IMG/VR virus record: IMGVR_UViG_3300031820_000008
Span: 1-46,358 of that record
DNA from: a virus
Lineage: Duplodnaviria; Caudoviricetes
Direction: 5' to 3' (one strand)
Length of the DNA stretch: 46,358 nucleotides
Below, piece after piece: positions 41,653-46,358 of this stretch (the stretch's first letter is position 1; each line of letters begins with the position of its first letter). The notes under the pieces were generated by a model. The model was not told the DNA's origin. It saw only the letters and a program-made list of their open reading frames with translations, and made no database searches. The translations under genes and the position numbers were made by a program.

Positions 41653-44600
41653 CATCCCAGGTGTGCCGGAGACCCCCAACTGGCACACCTGGCACCAACT
41701 GTGTCCACGCGCCCTTCAGCCTCGCCGCCGCAATGGCATCGGTCGGATCCTTGCTGCCCGCTACCGCCGCATTGAACGTCTTGGCCGCGTCGTAGCCGGC
41801 CTGTGCCAACGGACCTCCGGTGTAGCCCATCGGCGCGAAGAACAGCCACCGGCCCGCGTCCACGCCGAAGGCCTCCTTCGCCACCTCGTACATCACGTAG
41901 TTGGTGGTAGCCCACCGCGTTGCGACCTTCATCCGGTTTTCTAAACTACCTCGTAGCACCATGTTCCGTAGGTGCTCCACGAAGTACGCAGGCCACGTGC
42001 CGTACTGTCCCAGCAACCGCCCCGGCGTGTTCATCATCCAGTATGGCTGCGTACCCCGTCTGTAACTGAACTGGGTCGCCCTCATGTAGTCCGTGGCTAC
42101 AATGGCCGCGGCCCCGTCATTGTTGCCCTCACGGAGCATCTGCTCCAGCGCCCGTTCCATCGCTCCGCCCTTCGGCGTCCTCATGTCCGCCATCGACTCC
42201 TTCATGTACCCCGGAAAATCGATGTCACCTGCCAGATACCGTTCTCCGGCGGCCATGCTGGCACTGTGCTGCGCGTAGTACGCAACCACCCTGTTGATGT
42301 TGTCGGCGTCCTTATACGTCCGAGTACCGAGCTCCTTGTACCTGCTGTACGTAGGCTCGACCTTTTGCCACAGCGTCTTCGCGGGACCGCCTTCCATACC
42401 CTGCATGGCGTCCATCGCATGCTGGACCTCATTATACGTCTGGTTCCTGATGTCCCTCGTCAGGATGCCCCGTGCGATCAACTCCTCCTCGAACTCCGGC
42501 ACGTTCTTCCATCGCAGGGCCGCCTCAACCCCCGCCTTATAGGCCTTCATCCCCAAGCCCGTGCTGGTCTGCAACGTCTGTAGCATGTTCCGCATCACGA
42601 GTCCGGGATTCCAGGCCATGTTGGCGAAGTAGTTGGCGCCCACCAACATCTGTACGAAGTCCTCGTTAGCCGCCCACTTCAGCATCGGTCGTCCTGCCAA
42701 CCGGTCGCTGATCTGTTGAGCCATCCGAGTCAACGACGCAGCCATGTGATCCGGCATATGAACCACCTCGCTCATATACCGGCTGAAGTACATCATGTTG
42801 TCCCGCGTGACCTCACCTGAGAGCTGCCTCGCCGTGATCTGCGCCTTCACGCTGTTCCACGTGGGCTTCAGATCCTTCTCATTACTGATAGCCCGGCCGA
42901 GACGCATCATGACCCGGTACAGGTCCTGCTCTCTCCCATCACTCAACGCCACGCCGCTGCGGAACTGTCTGCTCAGCGTGGTCATCAGATCAGGGATCGC
43001 GCCCTTGTGCGACACGTAATCCGCCCAGTCCCCATCACTCTTCCGGAGCTGCCACATCTCGCCGAAGAACTGGTTTACCTGGTCCTCAGTGTAGCCGTAC
43101 GTCCCCGTCAACCACTTACGCCAGATCTGTTCACTGGCGTCCGCCAACGCGACGCTCCTTGGCGTGCTCCCCTCGAGCAACGTCTGGTAGTTCGGATCGT
43201 TGGCGTGCTTGGCCTCCAGCAGCAGGTTAGCGCCAATGCGCTCGTCCGCATTAGTACCCAGGAACAGCTGCGTAACGTTGTGCTTGAACCCGTTGAAGTT
43301 CGCCTCCAACTTGTTCCGGGCCCCTTCAATGTTGTTGTACCAGGTCCAGTACGGCACGCCACTCTTGGCTTCCCAGTCCTTCATCAGCTCCTCCGGTACG
43401 CGGAAGAACCGACTCAACTTACCCAACACACCAGATTCCTGCGTCACCCCCACACGTTGCGCCCGTTCCCACGGATCTCGCCCGCTCAAAATCTCCCACT
43501 CCGGCTCCGGCTCCGTGATCGGCGGCGTGCCATCGCCAGGATGCATCCGCGTCCCTTCCGGGAACGACTCGCCAATCACTTCGTTGAGGTCGACGCCCTG
43601 CGGTCTGGGCCACTCCTCACCCCCGAGACCCGCCGGTCCATCGGTGGGCATGCTCTGCGGTCCTGCCGGCGGCCGTAACGGGCCAGCAGGACCCATCGGT
43701 CCCAGTCCTGCTGAGGGATCGGCGCTTGCGACGCTGGGTGTCCCAAGCGGTTTATTGAAACCGGAAGTCTCTGCCACATCCGGCGTAAACGTTCGATAAA
43801 GCCCCATCGTGTCACTGTTAAACCTGCCTTGCTCCCATACTTCCCGCAGTCCCCTCTCCCGCGCCCACGTATACAGGATAGCGTCCAACGGATTACGCCC
43901 GCCAGCGGCGAACGCCTCGAGCCCCCACGGCTTCTGCGCTAGCAAGCTGAGGGCCTGTTCCGCAGTCATCTCACGCGTCACACCCAACTTAGCCAACTGG
44001 GTCTCCAACCCGTTACGCATCATCTGCACAGCCGCCTTGTTGTACACGACCATCGTGGTCCGAGCACTGCCCCGGGTACCCCACGCGCCCGTGACAGGCA
44101 GCGCCTGCAGCGTTCCCTGCGGCAGCTTCGCCATCTGTTCCATCGACGCTAGCGACTCGCGCACTGCCTTCGGGTCCCGCGTATACATCGTCACCGCGGC
44201 ACGCTTGCCCTGCATCAGCTCCTGCGTCGCCACGTCCTGCAACGACGCATTAACGAACAGGCTCTGATCCTTATCAGGGTCCATCATGCGCCCTCGACCA
44301 AGCCCGAGCTGCGCCTCGATCGGATCCTCCAACCGTTGCAGTCCCACGTTGCCCGTCGGTTGCCTCAACACGAAGTCTGCGGCCTCCAACTGCGTATCAA
44401 ACTTACGTTCCCAGCTCCCGTCATCTGCACGCAGGATCACACCACGCCCCTGTGGCGTAGCCTTAATCCCGCGCGGAGCCGCCTCGTCAAACAACCGGGT
44501 CATGGACATCTGGCGTGGTTCGTAGTCCGCCAACTGACCCAACGTCCACTGATGTCCCCCGTCCACATTCTTGTGAGTGTCCCACGCGGCACGGAAGAAC

Positions 44601-46358
44601 ACCGGTGTCTCTCGGTCTACGCCCTTCGACATCAGGATGCGTGCCGCCTTAATTCCCTGTGCCATCTCCGGATGACCAACAAAGTCCGGGCCGATGCCGT
44701 ACGCCTCCGGCAACTCCATCGACAAGTCCTCCTCGAACTTCGTTGTGGAGTGTCTGACACCCCTAGCGTACTGTAACCCGCCCCTCTTCACTGTCATCCC
44801 CTCAGGGATCACTGGTGTCGGTTCAGGAGGAGGCTGTTGCACCTGCATCGTCTCACGCAGCGGAGCGCCGTACACGGGCTCCATCGTGCGGGTCTCAGGA
44901 TTCCACTGGTACCCGCCAAGACCCGCACGGAACGCCTGTGGTTGGTTGAGCGGCCTCGGCGCGGCCACGTCCACGGCGCCCTCACCCACCGGTGTAGGTC
45001 CGAAGGCCAACCGGTGTTCAGTCAGCTGCTTAGCGGTGAGCCCAGGAAACGGGCTGCCGCTCTTATCGCCTGGCTCAGCCTGGTTAGCAAAAGTCCCTTG
45101 GCCCAAGTTGCTAGCCTGATCGTAAGCAATCCGATTCGACTCAATCCGCTGCTCCACTTCCTCGAGGTTCTTCATCCGCCCATTCTCGAGGCGGCTAGCG
45201 CTCGTTGCCTTGTGCGTTTTCACACGCACCAGCTCCTTACTCAGGTCGCTGGTGTTGTCCATCGGAATTAGGCCTTCACCCGTCGCACTCTTCGCTCCGC
45301 CACTATACCGCCCGCCCGCCATCGGTGGCTTCTGCCGCGCCTGGGTGAACTGTGCACTGTCCTGAGGACCGAAATCCCCGCTCTTCCCGAACTGCGGCAT
45401 CTCCCATAACCGTTCACCAGGCGTCACGCTAATCGTAAGCCCGTTGGGACCAATGAACGCCCGCGGATCATGCCCGTTGTTCGCGTCGTAGTCCGGTGTG
45501 TAGAAGTGCCCGCTCCGGAACGAATTCACGCGTGGATTCATCGCAGAGCCCCAAGGCTCCACACTCAGCTGCCTCGCCGGATCCGTCTCGTTCGTGTGCA
45601 CCAACATGTTGCGTGGTTGGCCATCCGGATGTGGCAACCAGGGACCCATGTCCGCCTTCTGTCCAGCCACCTGCAACTGAACGGGGATCTGCGCTAACGA
45701 AACCTCCTTATCCGTCCCGTCTGGCATCCTCACTACCACGTGCCCAGGCGCCGGCTGCAACGTCGAACGCGTCACGCCCGCTACATTCTCCACGGGCTCC
45801 GTAGTCTCGGGCTTCGCCATGAGGGGCGTCAACGCCACGCCCTGTTCCGCCAACGCTCTCCTCTTAACCCCGACCTGGTTGGCCAGACTCCACATCTCTC
45901 CCCGTTCCACATCGGTGAGTGGATTCCGACTGAACTTCGTGTTCCGCCGTTCCAACGCCTCAAAGCGTGCCTGCAGTGAGCCTAACTCCGTGTCGCCAGC
46001 ACGCTCAGCAGCGTCCATCGCCTTACGGGCCGCCACGATCTGGGGAGTCAACGCCTTGCGCTCGGCCAACGCCGCCGGCGCCCGACTGTTCTGTAGCTGC
46101 TGTACCCTCGCTACCAACGATTCGTACTTCTGCCGTTCCGGGCTCTTCCCGGCGACGCCTAGCACGGCACCCGGATCCTCGGTCGGTGCCAACATCGGCA
46201 TCTGTGGCGGCTCTAGCGGTCCGCGTGGTCCAAGTGGTGCCTGAGGCACGCCCACCACCGTGACGCGCGCTGGCGCGGCGCCCGGGTCAACCACTGTCTG
46301 TGTAGAGCCGACGGGAGGCACTCCGCCACGCTCCGCCCAGCTATTAACCGGCGCCGCG
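41576..46358 (-). CDS. Very large internal virion (ejection) protein; 5' end lies outside the window
   Basis: At least 1581 aa, frame open to the window end. C-terminal N...RN..Q, AD..NR, TQF.Y.....P and LLGQYGTWP motifs are typical of large podophage internal proteins. Confidence 0.75.
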   Translation of the reverse strand, partial: AAPVNSWAERGGVPPVGSTQTVVDPGAAPARVTVVGVPQAPLGPRGPLEPPQMPMLAPTEDPGAVLGVAGKSPERQKYESLVARVQQLQNSRAPAALAERKALTPQIVAARKAMDAAERAGDTELGSLQARFEALERRNTKFSRNPLTDVERGEMWSLANQVGVKRRALAEQGVALTPLMAKPETTEPVENVAGVTRSTLQPAPGHVVVRMPDGTDKEVSLAQIPVQLQVAGQKADMGPWLPHPDGQPRNMLVHTNETDPARQLSVEPWGSAMNPRVNSFRSGHFYTPDYDANNGHDPRAFIGPNGLTISVTPGERLWEMPQFGKSGDFGPQDSAQFTQARQKPPMAGGRYSGGAKSATGEGLIPMDNTSDLSKELVRVKTHKATSASRLENGRMKNLEEVEQRIESNRIAYDQASNLGQGTFANQAEPGDKSGSPFPGLTAKQLTEHRLAFGPTPVGEGAVDVAAPRPLNQPQAFRAGLGGYQWNPETRTMEPVYGAPLRETMQVQQPPPEPTPVIPEGMTVKRGGLQYARGVRHSTTKFEEDLSMELPEAYGIGPDFVGHPEMAQGIKAARILMSKGVDRETPVFFRAAWDTHKNVDGGHQWTLGQLADYEPRQMSMTRLFDEAAPRGIKATPQGRGVILRADDGSWERKFDTQLEAADFVLRQPTGNVGLQRLEDPIEAQLGLGRGRMMDPDKDQSLFVNASLQDVATQELMQGKRAAVTMYTRDPKAVRESLASMEQMAKLPQGTLQALPVTGAWGTRGSARTTMVVYNKAAVQMMRNGLETQLAKLGVTREMTAEQALSLLAQKPWGLEAFAAGGRNPLDAILYTWARERGLREVWEQGRFNSDTMGLYRTFTPDVAETSGFNKPLGTPSVASADPSAGLGPMGPAGPLRPPAGPQSMPTDGPAGLGGEEWPRPQGVDLNEVIGESFPEGTRMHPGDGTPPITEPEPEWEILSGRDPWERAQRVGVTQESGVLGKLSRFFRVPEELMKDWEAKSGVPYWTWYNNIEGARNKLEANFNGFKHNVTQLFLGTNADERIGANLLLEAKHANDPNYQTLLEGSTPRSVALADASEQIWRKWLTGTYGYTEDQVNQFFGEMWQLRKSDGDWADYVSHKGAIPDLMTTLSRQFRSGVALSDGREQDLYRVMMRLGRAISNEKDLKPTWNSVKAQITARQLSGEVTRDNMMYFSRYMSEVVHMPDHMAASLTRMAQQISDRLAGRPMLKWAANEDFVQMLVGANYFANMAWNPGLVMRNMLQTLQTSTGLGMKAYKAGVEAALRWKNVPEFEEELIARGILTRDIRNQTYNEVQHAMDAMQGMEGGPAKTLWQKVEPTYSRYKELGTRTYKDADNINRVVAYYAQHSASMAAGERYLAGDIDFPGYMKESMADMRTPKGGAMERALEQMLREGNNDGAAAIVATDYMRATQFSYRRGTQPYWMMNTPGRLLGQYGTWPAYFVEHLRNMVLRGSLENRMKVATRWATTNYVMYEVAKEAFGVDAGRWLFFAPMGYTGGPLAQAGYDAAKTFNAAVAGSKDPTDAIAAARLKGAWTQLVPGVPVGGLRHTWDAIDAISQEDIPTAIKRFLGMPPAQP

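Overview
This window is most or all of a ~46 kb GC-rich, podovirus-like tailed phage genome, opened inside the internal-virion (ejection) protein genes. No integrase, repressor or RNA polymerase is recognisable. The minus strand (1-19.2 kb and 41.6-46.4 kb) holds the packaging and virion module: TerS, TerL, portal, scaffold, major capsid, fibres, tail adaptor/nozzle and internal proteins. The plus strand (19.4-41.7 kb) holds small early-type genes, a symmetric (CT)n non-coding element, and a lysis/glycan cassette (DPBB endolysin-like, GH-A-like and beta-helix proteins). It also holds a replication/DNA-modification module: Cas4-like nuclease, GroES, AAA ATPase, SSB, UDG-PolA fusion, DUF3987-type helicase, and a 7-deazaguanine pathway (queC, queD, queE, folE, TGT/DpdA-like protein) with a dATP/dGTP diphosphohydrolase. 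The most striking features are: (1) an asymmetric 13-bp element GTAGAGGTACTAA, with 11 perfect and 4 variant copies, always co-oriented with transcription, at or next to gene junctions and sometimes in tandem; (2) the deazaguanine genes clustered with a dGTP-type hydrolase and an atypical PolA; (3) an H-type pseudoknot leader ahead of the operon containing queC; (4) apparent ATA and ATC starts for folE and terL. All protein calls come from motif recognition by eye, not from database searches.
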